DNA from: Candidatus Bathyarchaeota archaeon
Lineage (GTDB): Archaea > Thermoproteota > Bathyarchaeia > TCS64
Reading direction: 5' to 3'
Assembly (NCBI GenBank): GCA_043826455.1
Contig: JBDRQD010000015.1
Coordinates: 32,001-96,000 of the forward strand
DNA length: 64,000 nucleotides
The translations under genes were made by a program, and so were the position numbers. The notes under the pieces are model-generated. The model made no database searches and was not told the DNA's origin. It saw nothing but the letters and a program-made list of their open reading frames with translations. Shown here in pieces: positions 1 through 10,359 of this stretch (positions within the stretch are counted from its first letter, which is position 1; every line of letters starts with the position of its first letter).

Positions 1-33
1 GGCCACCGAGGCGTCGATGACGTACCTGTTCAA
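1..33 (-). CDS. vapC: PIN-domain (VapC) toxin, N-terminus only (runs off the window)
   Basis: Reverse strand reads TTG-NRYVIDASVA, a typical PIN N-terminal (V/I)DAS motif; TTG overlaps the antitoxin TGA stop. Confidence 0.75.
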   Translation of the reverse strand, partial: MNRYVIDASVA

Positions 34-254
34 CGGGCGTCCCTAGCCTCACGTATAGTCGCTTCGATGAAGCCGGGCGGGACGCGCCTCTTCTTAGCCT
101 TCATGTCTTCTAGGAGTTTTTTTGCCGCGTTCCTCCGCTCCTCCATCTCGAGGCGTTGCCTTATAGCGTCCCGCAGGTAGGCGGACCAGTTCTCGTCCAC
201 CTCACTCATGCGTTTCTTGAGTTCAGGCTCCACCTTGATCGTCACGGTAGTCAA
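30..254 (-). CDS. RHH/CopG-type antitoxin (VapB-like)
   Basis: 74 aa; N-terminal beta strand TVTIKV then helices (NWSAYLRDAIR), C-terminal IREARDAR; coupled to the PIN gene. Confidence 0.75.
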   Translation of the reverse strand: MTTVTIKVEPELKKRMSEVDENWSAYLRDAIRQRLEMEERRNAAKKLLEDMKAKKRRVPPGFIEATIREARDAR

Positions 255-344
255 ATACTATCAACAATACTTACTATAGTCATTATAATAAACATTACCC
301 GGGTAACTACCGATGTGTAAGAAAACCCCTGGATCAACCATATA

Positions 345-1985
345 GTGTTTAGTACTCTGAGTAACTTTACCATGATCGAGGTTTTAAAGTTGAAGGCTGA
401 CTTGGCGCTCATCAACGGAAAGATAGTGACCATGGACTCGAAGGAGTCCCTCGCAAAGGCCGTTGCCGTCAAGCACGGTAGGCTCGTCAAGGTGGGTAAG
501 AACCAGGACGTTAAGCTCCTCATGGGCGACGATACCAAGGTAATCGACCTGAAGGGGCGCACCGTGGTTCCGGGTTTCATAGACAGCCACTGCCACATGA
601 TGTCCGTGGGGGCCAGAAGGAAGATGAACGTGGACCTGAGCGAGGAAGCCGGCGTCCACAGCATCTCGGACCTTGTCGACCGGCTGAAGCGGCGGGCTGA
701 GGTAACTCCGAAGGGTGGCTGGGTCTTCGGGTATCAGGAGGATGACAGTAAGCTGGCTGAGAAGCGGCACCCCACCAGGTGGGAGCTGGACGGGGCCAGC
801 ACGGATCACCCCATCATCCTGTCCACCGTAGGCGGCCACTTCAGCGTAGCCAACAGTTATGCCTTCAAGCAGGCTGGCGTCACCCGGGAAACCCCTGACC
901 CGGTGGGGGGAAAGTTCGACAGGGACGATGAGGGTGAGGTGACAGGCGGCCTACACGAGAAGGCCATAGACATGATCCTGCCTGAGGGCACAAACGAGCC
1001 CACCAGGGAGATGGCACGGGAGGGCGCCAAGGAGATACTCACGGAGTGCGCGTCGGTGGGCCTAACATGCGTCTACGACACCGTGGAGAGGAGCCAGATG
1101 AGGGCCGCCCTGGACCTTAAGAACGGCGGCGGCCTTCCCGTCCGGGTCCGGATGGATATAATGATCGACCTGTTCCCGGAGCTCAACAAGGTAGGCATCT
1201 ACCGGGGCCTGGGGGACGACTGGCTCGCCATACGGGGCCTCAAGTTCTTCTTCGACGGAGCAATTTCGGCGAGGACCGCCGCCGTCACCGAGGAGTACCT
1301 GAACAAGCCCGGCTTCTACGGCGTCATGGCCACCACCAGGGAGATAGCGACAAAGACCATCATGGACGCATACGCTGAGGGGTACAGGATATCGGCCCAC
1401 GCCAACGGCGACGCCGCCATAGCCATGTACCTGGACATCATGGAGGAGGCCCAGCGGAAGTATCCTAGGAGCGACCCCAGGAACAGGGACATCCACTGCA
1501 CGGTCATCACCCCCGAGCTGGTTAAGCGCATCAAGGAGCTGGGCATACTGCCCACCATCTTCGGACCTTATGCTTACTACCATGGCGATAAGCTCATCCC
1601 GGCCTTCGGGGAAAAGCGGCTGGAGCGCATGTTCGCCGCCCGCAGCTTCCTGGACGCCGGAGTGAAGATCGCCGCCCACAGCGACCACCCCTGCGCCCCC
1701 TACCCTCCGCTCATGGCTATTCACGCGCTAGTGAACCGCCGGACCAAGTCGGGTAAGCCCCTGGGCATGAGCCAGAGGGTGACGGTCATGGAGGCCCTGA
1801 AGCTGTACACTGTCCACTCGGCGTACCAGCAGTTGGACGAGGACAGGCTGGGTAGTCTAGAGGAGGGTAAGCTGGCGGACATGGTGGTGCTCGGCCAGGA
1901 CATCCTCACGGTTCCCCCGGAGCGAATCAAGGACATACCCGTGGACATGACCATAATAAACGGAAAAGTGGTCTACCAGCGGTGA
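345..1985 (+). CDS. Amidohydrolase-3 family (YtcJ-like) metal-dependent hydrolase; true start probably ~372-390
   Basis: PGFIDSHCH, KFFFDG, HANGD, SDHP and C-terminal GKLADMVVL motifs. Confidence 0.9.
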   Translation: MFSTLSNFTMIEVLKLKADLALINGKIVTMDSKESLAKAVAVKHGRLVKVGKNQDVKLLMGDDTKVIDLKGRTVVPGFIDSHCHMMSVGARRKMNVDLSEEAGVHSISDLVDRLKRRAEVTPKGGWVFGYQEDDSKLAEKRHPTRWELDGASTDHPIILSTVGGHFSVANSYAFKQAGVTRETPDPVGGKFDRDDEGEVTGGLHEKAIDMILPEGTNEPTREMAREGAKEILTECASVGLTCVYDTVERSQMRAALDLKNGGGLPVRVRMDIMIDLFPELNKVGIYRGLGDDWLAIRGLKFFFDGAISARTAAVTEEYLNKPGFYGVMATTREIATKTIMDAYAEGYRISAHANGDAAIAMYLDIMEEAQRKYPRSDPRNRDIHCTVITPELVKRIKELGILPTIFGPYAYYHGDKLIPAFGEKRLERMFAARSFLDAGVKIAAHSDHPCAPYPPLMAIHALVNRRTKSGKPLGMSQRVTVMEALKLYTVHSAYQQLDEDRLGSLEEGKLADMVVLGQDILTVPPERIKDIPVDMTIINGKVVYQR

Positions 1986-2021
1986 GCCGGTGATCCGTTA
2001 AACGACGGTACAACCTTTTAG

Positions 2022-2183
2022 TGCTACCAGACGCCCCGCAGGGTCAACGTGGAGAAGGTGGCCGAGAGAGCAGGGGTACCCCGGACGACGCTCCAAGAGC
2101 ACCTGAACAAGGCCGATAACAAGCTCATCTCCTCGATCATACCCAAGATACAGCTCTACTCAAGGAAATACCATAAAAATTAG
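2022..2183 (+). pseudogene. Remnant of a Bat/HTH_10-type archaeal transcription regulator (C-terminal HTH only)
   Basis: Own translation YQTPRRVNVEKVAERAGVPRTTLQEHLNKADNKLI matches the HTH_10 pattern (Y..PR....E.A...G....T..EHL..A..KL); in-frame TAG immediately upstream at 2019-2021. Confidence 0.65.
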
Positions 2184-2251
2184 CTAAAAGCAATTTAAAA
2201 AACACTTCACATTCTACCCAGTAGCAGTCAAGAAAACCAATAGAAAGACTG

Positions 2252-3052
2252 ATGACCCCACTCAGGGGATATTTTCTTGCATTGGTCTCAGGTTACATTG
2301 ATTCAAAGGACGGCATCAGGATCAGCTACAGGTGCGAAGGCGATGGCCCCGCGGTGATGCTCATCCATGGGGGTGGGGACACCAAGGAGGCCTGGTGGCG
2401 GGTCAGTTACCCTGAGAGGCTTAAAGGCTACAAAGTCATCGCCCCCGATGTCAGGGGTAACGGGGACAGCGACAGGCCACCCAAGCCAGACGACTACTAC
2501 ATAGACCTCATACTGGACGACCTGCTGCGGGTGGCCGACACCTGCGACGCGGACAGGTTCACTGTCATAGGGTTCAGCTTCGGCGGCAACGTAGCTAAGT
2601 ACCTTGCCGCATCATCGGACCGGGTGGAGAAGCTGGTCATCATAGGCAACGGCTTCGGATCGGCGGTTTACGGCGGCTTCGCGGAGAACCTGCCATCCAT
2701 TTGGCGGAGGTTCAGGATACTGGCCGAGGAGCTGGACCACAGCGTCCTGGACTTCAGCTGCCTGACCCCCACCGAGAGGAGCTGGGTGGAGAACTATCAT
2801 CTTCCCTCCTGGGCCCACATATTGGCTCAGCTGAGCCACTGGCACGTGGTGAGGCCCGGGGACCTCAAGTGTCCCGCGTTGCTGATCATGGGCTCCGGTA
2901 ACGCGGACGCCGTGGCCCAGGCCGAGAAGTACAGGGAGGAGATGTTGGAGGCGGGGGTGCGGGTGGAGGTCTTCAAGGGGCTGGGCCACTACCAGGAGTT
3001 CACGGACGTGGACAGGGTGTTCCCTGTCATCCAAAGGTTCCTAAACGAGTAG
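2252..3052 (+). CDS. Alpha/beta hydrolase
   Basis: HGGG oxyanion motif, DVRGNGDS, GFSFG nucleophile elbow, C-terminal GH. Confidence 0.9.
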   Translation: MTPLRGYFLALVSGYIDSKDGIRISYRCEGDGPAVMLIHGGGDTKEAWWRVSYPERLKGYKVIAPDVRGNGDSDRPPKPDDYYIDLILDDLLRVADTCDADRFTVIGFSFGGNVAKYLAASSDRVEKLVIIGNGFGSAVYGGFAENLPSIWRRFRILAEELDHSVLDFSCLTPTERSWVENYHLPSWAHILAQLSHWHVVRPGDLKCPALLIMGSGNADAVAQAEKYREEMLEAGVRVEVFKGLGHYQEFTDVDRVFPVIQRFLNE

Positions 3053-3064
3053 TCCACCAAATCC

Positions 3065-4054
3065 TTGATGGAGTTCTTCAGTAAGCGGGTGGACAAAGGG
3101 GAGAAGGTGGCCTTCAAGCAGGAGGTGGCCAGCTACCCCAACGGGGACCCCATATCGGTGACGGTGCGGGCCTGCGTGGGTGTCAGGGAGGGGCTCCGGC
3201 TGGCCCTGCTGGGGGTTCAGCACGGGGACGAGTACAGCGGCATGGAGATCATCAACCGGGTCATGGACAAGGTGAACCCCGGCAGCCTCTCAGGCGTCCT
3301 AGTAACGGTGCCAGTCTCCAACCCCCTGGCCTTCAACTCGGCCGAGCGGATAACTCCACCAGGGGTAGGGTACGAGAACCTGAACATGAACCGGGTGTGG
3401 CCCGGCAACCACGAGGGGCTCCTCATGGAGCGCATTGTGGCCCAGCTATGGGATCACGTGGTGAAGGGCAGCGACGCGGTGCTGGACCTCCACGAGGGGG
3501 GTCGCGCCTTCATGGCCAAGTACCTCCACGCCCGGGGAACAGAGGAGACAGACAGGATAGTGGGCGAACAAGTGCGTCAGCTGTACACGTGGTTCGGGCA
3601 GGGTGTGCCGGTGCTGGGCGGGGTCCGCACCGCGAGCCACATGATGGGCAGCCTAAGCGTACAGGCCGGCCTGGAGGGCATACCCTGCCTGGGGCCGGAG
3701 CTGGGGGGCGGAGGCAGGCTGTGGGATGATCTGGTCCAGGTGGGTGTGCAGGGGGTCAGGAACATCATGATAGCGTACGGCATGGTTCAGGGGGAGCCCG
3801 TGGGCCAGGGGCTGCCCCAGCACGTTGCGTCTGAGAGCATGTGGCCAAAGACGAAGCAGGGCGGGGTCATGTTCAACAACTGCGAGTTGGGGGACGTAGT
3901 TGAGGCTGGGGCTGTCCTCGGTGAGCTGCGGGACGTAGCGGGCAGGACCCTGGAGAAGGTGAAGGCGCCCTACAGGTCGGTGATCTTCGACACAAGGTAT
4001 ACGCCCAGCGTGTACCCCGGTGACTGGACCTTCCACTGCGGCAGGCTTACCTAG
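3065..4054 (+). CDS. Succinylglutamate desuccinylase/aspartoacylase (M14) family
   Basis: HGDE, NMNRVWPG, DLHEG and ELGGG motifs; C-terminal lipoyl-like hairpin. Confidence 0.85.
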   Translation: MMEFFSKRVDKGEKVAFKQEVASYPNGDPISVTVRACVGVREGLRLALLGVQHGDEYSGMEIINRVMDKVNPGSLSGVLVTVPVSNPLAFNSAERITPPGVGYENLNMNRVWPGNHEGLLMERIVAQLWDHVVKGSDAVLDLHEGGRAFMAKYLHARGTEETDRIVGEQVRQLYTWFGQGVPVLGGVRTASHMMGSLSVQAGLEGIPCLGPELGGGGRLWDDLVQVGVQGVRNIMIAYGMVQGEPVGQGLPQHVASESMWPKTKQGGVMFNNCELGDVVEAGAVLGELRDVAGRTLEKVKAPYRSVIFDTRYTPSVYPGDWTFHCGRLT

Positions 4055-4114
4055 TTTTCGTATCGTTTATATTGGGGGCATCGGTGCACCGTACAATCAA
4101 CCGGGGTATTAGCT

Positions 4115-5344
4115 TTGGCGCCCGTAATCAAGACCATACGCGACATGATGAAGAGCCGTAACCTGATGGTTATCACCGTCACCCAGAGCCTCTTCATGTT
4201 GACGGCAAGCCTATGGTGGCCCTACTGGAGCCTCTACATCCTGGAGCTAGGCACCAGCAAGACCCTCATGGGCATGATGTTCATGGCCGAGACCGTGGCC
4301 CAGCTCCTGTTCCAGCTGCCTGGGGGCATCCTCACGGACAGGCTGGGCAGGAAGAAGATGATCATGCTGGGCAGCGTCCTCCGTGCCACTTCGCCCCTCA
4401 TTTACGTGTTGACGGGGAGCTGGCAGTTCGTCCTCCTGGGCATGTTCGTCACCCAGATGAGCAACATGATGATCCCCGCCATCGACGCCCTCATCGCTGA
4501 GAGCACCAGCGTGGAGCACCGGGCCATGGGGTACGGCACCTTCAGGATGATGACCCTCCTACCCATGATCATCACCCCCTACATCGGCGGGGTCGTCACC
4601 GACACCCTGGGCGTCTACGGAGGCGTACGCGTCGCCATAGCCTGCACCGTGGCGGTGGCCTGGATCAACGTGCTCATCAGGTGGAGATTCCTGGAGGACA
4701 AGTACACGTCTGAGCACACCTCAAGCCGCCTGGACGCCCTGAAGGAGGTGCGCTCCGTCCCCAAGCCCATATGGACGCTCATAGCCGTAGCGGCCTTCGC
4801 CAGCATCGGCCTAAGGGTCGCGTCCCAGTTCCTGGCCGTCTACGCCGTCCAGGTGGTGGGCCTCACAAGGACTCAGTGGGGCCTCATCATGACCACGGTT
4901 GGCGTCGTCTCCACGGCTCTAACTGTTCCGAGTAGCATGTGGAGTGACAGGGTGGGCAGGAAGCCCGGCATCATGATAAGCCTCGGCCTCACACCTCTCA
5001 TGTATCTGGGGTTCCCCATGTCGAGCAGCCTCATCCAGTTAGCCGCCAGCAGAATAGTGGGCGCCGTTAGCGAAGGCTTCGGCGGAGCCGTCACAGGCCT
5101 GGAGGGGGGCTCAGCCTGGCTGGCTCTAGTGGCTGACATCGTGCCCGCCAATCAACGTGGTAAGGTTATGGGGCTCATAGCGACCATCGCGGGGGCTCTC
5201 AGCTTCCCCGGCGCCTGGATCGGCGGAGTCCTGTGGGACACGGTGGGGCCGCAGGCCCCATTCTACGTGTCAGTTGTTTCAAGCACCGTGGCTTTCCTTG
5301 TGTTTGCCGTCTACGTGAAGGAGCCTAAGCAAAAAGCTGATTGA
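4115..5344 (+). CDS. MFS transporter
   Basis: Multiple hydrophobic helices; motif A GILTDRLGRKK and SDRVGRK. Confidence 0.9.
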   Translation: MAPVIKTIRDMMKSRNLMVITVTQSLFMLTASLWWPYWSLYILELGTSKTLMGMMFMAETVAQLLFQLPGGILTDRLGRKKMIMLGSVLRATSPLIYVLTGSWQFVLLGMFVTQMSNMMIPAIDALIAESTSVEHRAMGYGTFRMMTLLPMIITPYIGGVVTDTLGVYGGVRVAIACTVAVAWINVLIRWRFLEDKYTSEHTSSRLDALKEVRSVPKPIWTLIAVAAFASIGLRVASQFLAVYAVQVVGLTRTQWGLIMTTVGVVSTALTVPSSMWSDRVGRKPGIMISLGLTPLMYLGFPMSSSLIQLAASRIVGAVSEGFGGAVTGLEGGSAWLALVADIVPANQRGKVMGLIATIAGALSFPGAWIGGVLWDTVGPQAPFYVSVVSSTVAFLVFAVYVKEPKQKAD

Positions 5345-5369
5345 CCGCCGAGGGGGTTATTGGTTCGAA

Positions 5370-6080
5370 ATGAGTGACAGCGTTCCCCTGTACGTGGATG
5401 ACAGCTACATCAAAGAGTTCAAAGCCATGGTGGTGAGGAGCGGCCCCAGGTTCGTGGTGCTGGATGTCACCGCCTTCTACCCTGAGGGCGGAGGGCAGCC
5501 CAGCGACACGGGCACCCTGGAGGCGGGCGGAGAGACCCTCAAGGTTCTCAAGGTGATGAAGCGGGGCACCCAGATATTCCACTACCTGGATGGTGATCTG
5601 CCTGAGGGCGCGGAGGTCAGAGGCGTCGTAGACTGGGACCGGCGGCTCACTCACATGAGGCTCCACAGCGGCGAGCACCTCCTCACAGGCCTCTTTGAGG
5701 CGGAGGGCGGCGGCCTCAAGGTGTTCAGCAGCTTCACCCAGCTTGACTTCCAGCCCAGCGGTATCGACGAGGAGACCCTGAAGCGGGTATGGACGAGGTT
5801 CGATTCCATCATAGAGGAAAACATACCCGTCGCCATCTACTATACGAGCCGGGACGAGCTGGACGTGGGGGACGACGCCCGGAAGCAGAGCTTCCTGGAG
5901 AAGATGCCCCCAGGAGTCCATGAGCTCAGGATGGTCCAGATAGGCGGCTACGCCCTCACCTTCTGCATGGGCACCCACGTCAGGAGCACCGGCGAGATAG
6001 GGAAACTAAAGAGCCTGAGGCTTGAACCCAAGAAGAAGCAGCGGAAGATCATCTACTTCGAGCTTGATAACGTTAAATGA
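5370..6080 (+). CDS. alaX: Free-standing alanyl-tRNA editing protein (AlaX-M type)
   Basis: TAFYPEGGGQPSDTG, HSGEH (HxxxH) and CMGTH (CxxxH) zinc motifs. Confidence 0.85.
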   Translation: MSDSVPLYVDDSYIKEFKAMVVRSGPRFVVLDVTAFYPEGGGQPSDTGTLEAGGETLKVLKVMKRGTQIFHYLDGDLPEGAEVRGVVDWDRRLTHMRLHSGEHLLTGLFEAEGGGLKVFSSFTQLDFQPSGIDEETLKRVWTRFDSIIEENIPVAIYYTSRDELDVGDDARKQSFLEKMPPGVHELRMVQIGGYALTFCMGTHVRSTGEIGKLKSLRLEPKKKQRKIIYFELDNVK

Positions 6081-6110
6081 GCCCTACCCCAGTATTTCAC
6101 CGGTGCATGT

Positions 6111-7190
6111 ATGAGGATTAAACCCTTCAGGCTTGAGCGGTGGCTCCTCGAGAAGGCCGAGATCGACCTGGGCGGCGGAGGCGTGACAAAGCTCAGGCTC
6201 AGAGACGTGGTCCCTGACTTTGACCTGGGCCAGGCCATGAAGTACGGGATGACGGACGGCTCAGATGAACTCAAGGGCCTTGTGGCCGAGTGGTATACTG
6301 TGGAGCCTGAGAACGTCCTCATAACCTCCGGGACCAGCGAGGCCAACCTCATCCTAAACCTCACGCTCCTGGAGCATCGTGACCACTACGTCACGGAGAA
6401 CCCCCAGTACGAGCAGACCACCCGGTTCGCGGAGGCCCTAGGCTGCAAGGTGTCGGAGTTCCAGCTTGTTGAGGAAGACCAGTGGAGGCCAAACCTGGAG
6501 GAGCTCAAGGAGAAGGTGGTCAAGGGTACAAGGGTCGTCTTCCTGGATAACCCCAACAACCCCACGGGGGCCGTCCTCTCTAGGGCCGAGATGAAGGCCA
6601 TCGTAGATGTCGCTGAGGACGCCGGCGCATGGCTACACTGCGACAACGCCCTCAGGGGCTCCGAACTGGACAGAAAACCAGCGCTGACTCCTTACCCCGG
6701 GTACGAGCGGGGCGTCACCACGGGCAGCATATCCAAGCTGGGGGCCACCAGCCCAAGGATCGGGTGGATCATCGGCGACCCGGAGTTCATCCGCAGGTGC
6801 TGGGAGATGAAGGACTACACGACCCTCGGTCACTCAGGCATAGGCGAGAACATAGCCTCCGCCCTTCACAGGAAGAGGGATCAGTTGATGAAGAGGAACC
6901 TGGAGATCAGCAGAAGGAACCTGGACACGTTAGATACATGGATAAAGGCCCATGATGATGTGTTCCGCTGGAGGAGGCCGGAAGCCGGTTTCACAGGGTT
7001 CCCCGGGTACACGCTCAGCGTAAGCTCCGAGGAGCTCTGTAGGAGACTCCTCAGGGATAAGGGGCTTCTTCTCAGCCCGGGCAGCTACTTCGGCGTAGAC
7101 CACCACCTCCGCATCAACACGGGCTCGGCCCCAGGCGTCCTTGAGGAAGGTCTTGAGAGGCTGACCGGCTTCGTCGAGGGCCTCCAATAA
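6111..7190 (+). CDS. PLP-dependent aminotransferase class I/II
   Basis: NPNNPTG, GSISK (PLP lysine), RIGW and LRI motifs. Confidence 0.9.
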   Translation: MRIKPFRLERWLLEKAEIDLGGGGVTKLRLRDVVPDFDLGQAMKYGMTDGSDELKGLVAEWYTVEPENVLITSGTSEANLILNLTLLEHRDHYVTENPQYEQTTRFAEALGCKVSEFQLVEEDQWRPNLEELKEKVVKGTRVVFLDNPNNPTGAVLSRAEMKAIVDVAEDAGAWLHCDNALRGSELDRKPALTPYPGYERGVTTGSISKLGATSPRIGWIIGDPEFIRRCWEMKDYTTLGHSGIGENIASALHRKRDQLMKRNLEISRRNLDTLDTWIKAHDDVFRWRRPEAGFTGFPGYTLSVSSEELCRRLLRDKGLLLSPGSYFGVDHHLRINTGSAPGVLEEGLERLTGFVEGLQ

Positions 7191-7220
7191 TCTTATCCCG
7201 GTTCCAGACACTTCTCCCCT

Positions 7221-7922
7221 ATGAACCACGTCCTCAACCTCCTCAAAGACTGCCGGGTCATAGACCTGAGCCACACCTTTGAGGAGGGCATGCCCCGCCC
7301 CCAGGTGCCCTACGGCCACATACCGTGGAAGAGCCACACACGGGGCGACGCCTTCAACACCTACATGTTCTTGGTCTTCGAGCACGCCGGCACCCACGTG
7401 GACGCCCCCATCCACCTGGGCGGAGTTGAAGGGCCAGCCATAGACAAGGTGCCACCTGAGAGCTGGATGGGACCCCTCTGCGTCCTGGACATGACCCACA
7501 AGAAGGAGAGAGAGTTCGTTCAAGCCCAGGAGATCATGAACTGGGAGAAGCGGCACGGTAAGCTAGCCGAGGGCGACATCGTTTTGGTCAACTACAGGTG
7601 GGAGCGGAACTGGAGCAACGCCCACGGCGTCGAGAACCAGCCCTACCTGCGCAACAACCCCGGCCTCTCAGAGGAAGCGGCTAGACTCCTCGTAGACAGG
7701 GGGGTGAAGCTGGTGGGCGCGGACACACCCACCATCGACAGCGACGCGGACCCGGAGGAGCGTGCTCACAGGGTGCTTCTGCCCGCCGGCGTCCTCATAC
7801 TTGAGAACGCCTGCAACCTCAGCCAGCTCCCGCCCCGGGGCGCCTTCTTCATGGGGCTACCCCTTAAGATCAAAGACGGCACAGGGTGCCCAGTGAGGGC
7901 CGTGGCCCTCGTCCCCAAGTAA
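7221..7922 (+). CDS. Cyclase family metal hydrolase (kynurenine formamidase KynB-like)
   Basis: HAGTHVDAPIH (HxGTHxDxPxH), ILEN, and PLKIKDGTGCPVRAVA. Confidence 0.85.
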   Translation: MNHVLNLLKDCRVIDLSHTFEEGMPRPQVPYGHIPWKSHTRGDAFNTYMFLVFEHAGTHVDAPIHLGGVEGPAIDKVPPESWMGPLCVLDMTHKKEREFVQAQEIMNWEKRHGKLAEGDIVLVNYRWERNWSNAHGVENQPYLRNNPGLSEEAARLLVDRGVKLVGADTPTIDSDADPEERAHRVLLPAGVLILENACNLSQLPPRGAFFMGLPLKIKDGTGCPVRAVALVPK

Positions 7923-7949
7923 AATATAGGTTAAAACATATCCTAAGTT

Positions 7950-8945
7950 GTGGCATGGATCAGCGAGCTGAGGGCCGACCCCACAGACTGGCTTCTGGAG
8001 CCCTCCAACCCCAGCGTCAGGTACATGGCGCTCTTGGAACTCATGGACAGGAAGCCGGGAGACCCAGAGGTGGAGGAGGCCCGTGAGGCCATCATGGGCT
8101 CCGAGCCGGTGAAGGCCATCCTCGCTGCCCAGGAGCCTGGCGGTCACTGGGTTGAGCCAGCGGACATGTACCTCCCCAAGTACAGGGCTACCACCCACCA
8201 GCTTCTCATCCTCGCGGAGCTGGGGGCCACCCGGACCCCGGCCATCGAGAGGGCCGTGGAGCACATTTACAGGTTTCAGAGGGTCAGCGGCCACTTCCTC
8301 ACCGAGATGCCCAAGACGGAGCAGGGAAGGGCCAGCGTCGTGAAGGACGGTTGCTGCCTGGACGGTAACGTGCTCTACTACCTCATCCACTTCGGGTACC
8401 TGGACGACCCGAGGACGGGTAAGCTCCTGGACTTCATATTAGACTACCATGACGACGTGGACGCGGGGTGGAGGTGCCGCGCTTTCCCCATCAACCCCGA
8501 CGCCGTGTTCCCGGTGAACTGCTACATGGGGGCGACCAAGGTCCTCAAGGCTCTCAGCACCATGCCTGAGAAGAGTCGAACACCGGAGATCAAGGCCCTC
8601 ATCAGGCGCGAGGTGGAGAACGTCCTGGAGAACGGCGTCTACAGGTACCTCCGAAACCCTGACGGCAGCAGGAAGGACAAGGCCGGGTGGAAGAGGTTCG
8701 GGTTTCCCCTCTTCTACCAGGCGGACGCCCTTGAGGTGCTTGACACGTTGACTCGGCTCGGCGTAAAGGATGATCGAATGGTGGACACGGTGGAGTTGGT
8801 GAAGGCCGCCCAGCAGATGGACGGCGCTTGGCTGCTGAAGGACACCTTCAACGGGAAGATGTGGGTGGACATCGAGGAGAAGAACAGGCCCAGCAAGTGG
8901 GTCACCCTTAGAGCCATGAGGTCCCTGAAGAGGCTCCGCGGGTGA
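7950..8945 (+). CDS. Uncharacterised prenyltransferase/squalene-cyclase-like (alpha/alpha) barrel protein
   Basis: QW-like repeats QEPGGHW, QRVSGHF, QQMDGAW; C-terminal SKWVTLRA. Confidence 0.65.
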   Translation: MAWISELRADPTDWLLEPSNPSVRYMALLELMDRKPGDPEVEEAREAIMGSEPVKAILAAQEPGGHWVEPADMYLPKYRATTHQLLILAELGATRTPAIERAVEHIYRFQRVSGHFLTEMPKTEQGRASVVKDGCCLDGNVLYYLIHFGYLDDPRTGKLLDFILDYHDDVDAGWRCRAFPINPDAVFPVNCYMGATKVLKALSTMPEKSRTPEIKALIRREVENVLENGVYRYLRNPDGSRKDKAGWKRFGFPLFYQADALEVLDTLTRLGVKDDRMVDTVELVKAAQQMDGAWLLKDTFNGKMWVDIEEKNRPSKWVTLRAMRSLKRLRG

Positions 8946-8985
8946 TCCGCCTTGCCAATACCATGGATTAACTTTATATCCCCTT

Positions 8986-10251
8986 GTGCAACCGCCTCAT
9001 GGATTCAACGAAGGTGACGATGTGGCGGTGGGTGAACGAAGCCTCAGGATGGATGTCATAAGCATCTACGTTCCCTCGTTCTTCATATTCGTGGGCATGA
9101 GCATCGTCTCTCCCGTCCTACCCCTGTACGCCAAGAGCTTCAACGTCAACTACACCCTGGTGAGCCTGGCAATCTCGGCCTACGCCTTCGGTAGGTTCCT
9201 GGCGGACATCCCCAGCGGCTGGCTCTCAGACAAGTGGGGCCGGAGGCCCCTCATGATCTGGGGCACCCTGCTCATAGCCGTCATGGCTTTCCTGAACGCC
9301 AGGGCCACCAGTTTCATCGAGTTCCTCATCTACCGCCTCATCCAAGGGGTCGGCTCAGCCATGTGGATGACCTCGAGGACCACTCTGCTAGCCGATATAC
9401 TGAAGCCCAGCGAGAGGGGCCGCATCATGGGATACTTCCAATCGTTCCAGCTCTTGGGCAGCAGCGCCGGTCCCGTGATAGGCGGGTATGCGGCCTCTCT
9501 GTGGGGCCTCCAGTCTACCTTCTACCTCTATGCCCTATTTGGACTTGTCAGCCTGGTCATCACGTACCTCTGGATACAGGAGCCTGAGGGTATAGCCACG
9601 AGGAAGCATGAGACCCACTTTGACTGGCCGACCGCCAAGCGTCTCCTCTCCAACAGGAGTTACAGCCTAGCCTGTCTGGCCACCTTCACCATCTTCTTCA
9701 TGAGGACGGGCATCAGGAGCACCATGATACCCCTCTACGCCGACAGCGAGCTGGGCCTCAACGAGACGGACATAGGGGCGGTCATCGCCTACTCCACCAT
9801 AATGAACCTGATCCTGGCTGTGCCCATGGGCCACGCCATCGACTACTTTGGGAGGAAGCCGGCTATCGTGAAGAGCCTCTTCGTCACCATGTTCGCGGCC
9901 TTGGCGTTCCCTTACACCACCGACTACTTCACTCTGAGCCTGGCAGCCGTCCTCCTGGGCATAGGAACGAGCGGGGCCGGGCAGGCGCCCCTGGCTTTAG
10001 CCACCGACGCCACTGAAAATGAGCCTCGGGGGATAAGCATGGGTATGTATAGGCTCTTCGGCGACATAGGGTTCATGGTGGGGCCTATAATCCTGGGCGT
10101 CATCGCGGACAACATGGGGCTAAGGGCGCCCTTCTACTTCACCGCTGTGCTGCTGTTGGTCAGCACCATCCTGATTCAGGTTTTCGCTGTAGAGACCTAC
10201 TCGAAGAGGGCCAACGACATGGTGAAGAGACAACGAGGCCTCGAGGCTTAG
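8986..10251 (+). CDS. MFS transporter (start probably ~9022-9049)
   Basis: GWLSDKWGRR and DYFGRK motifs; multi-helix hydrophobic pattern. Confidence 0.9.
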   Translation: MQPPHGFNEGDDVAVGERSLRMDVISIYVPSFFIFVGMSIVSPVLPLYAKSFNVNYTLVSLAISAYAFGRFLADIPSGWLSDKWGRRPLMIWGTLLIAVMAFLNARATSFIEFLIYRLIQGVGSAMWMTSRTTLLADILKPSERGRIMGYFQSFQLLGSSAGPVIGGYAASLWGLQSTFYLYALFGLVSLVITYLWIQEPEGIATRKHETHFDWPTAKRLLSNRSYSLACLATFTIFFMRTGIRSTMIPLYADSELGLNETDIGAVIAYSTIMNLILAVPMGHAIDYFGRKPAIVKSLFVTMFAALAFPYTTDYFTLSLAAVLLGIGTSGAGQAPLALATDATENEPRGISMGMYRLFGDIGFMVGPIILGVIADNMGLRAPFYFTAVLLLVSTILIQVFAVETYSKRANDMVKRQRGLEA

Positions 10252-10359
10252 CCGAAGAAACACTCAGGCGGGGCAGGAAGCTCCCCCATCTTGACAACGT
10301 TGAGCCGTTAGTTCACTTTCCCCTTATCCTTTAAATCACTCCGTCCACAGGGCTTCTCC

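Noticed and set aside
7950..8945. Squalene-hopene cyclase or nitrogenase-related call
   Set aside because: Too short for SHC, lacks DxDD, and has no P-loop.
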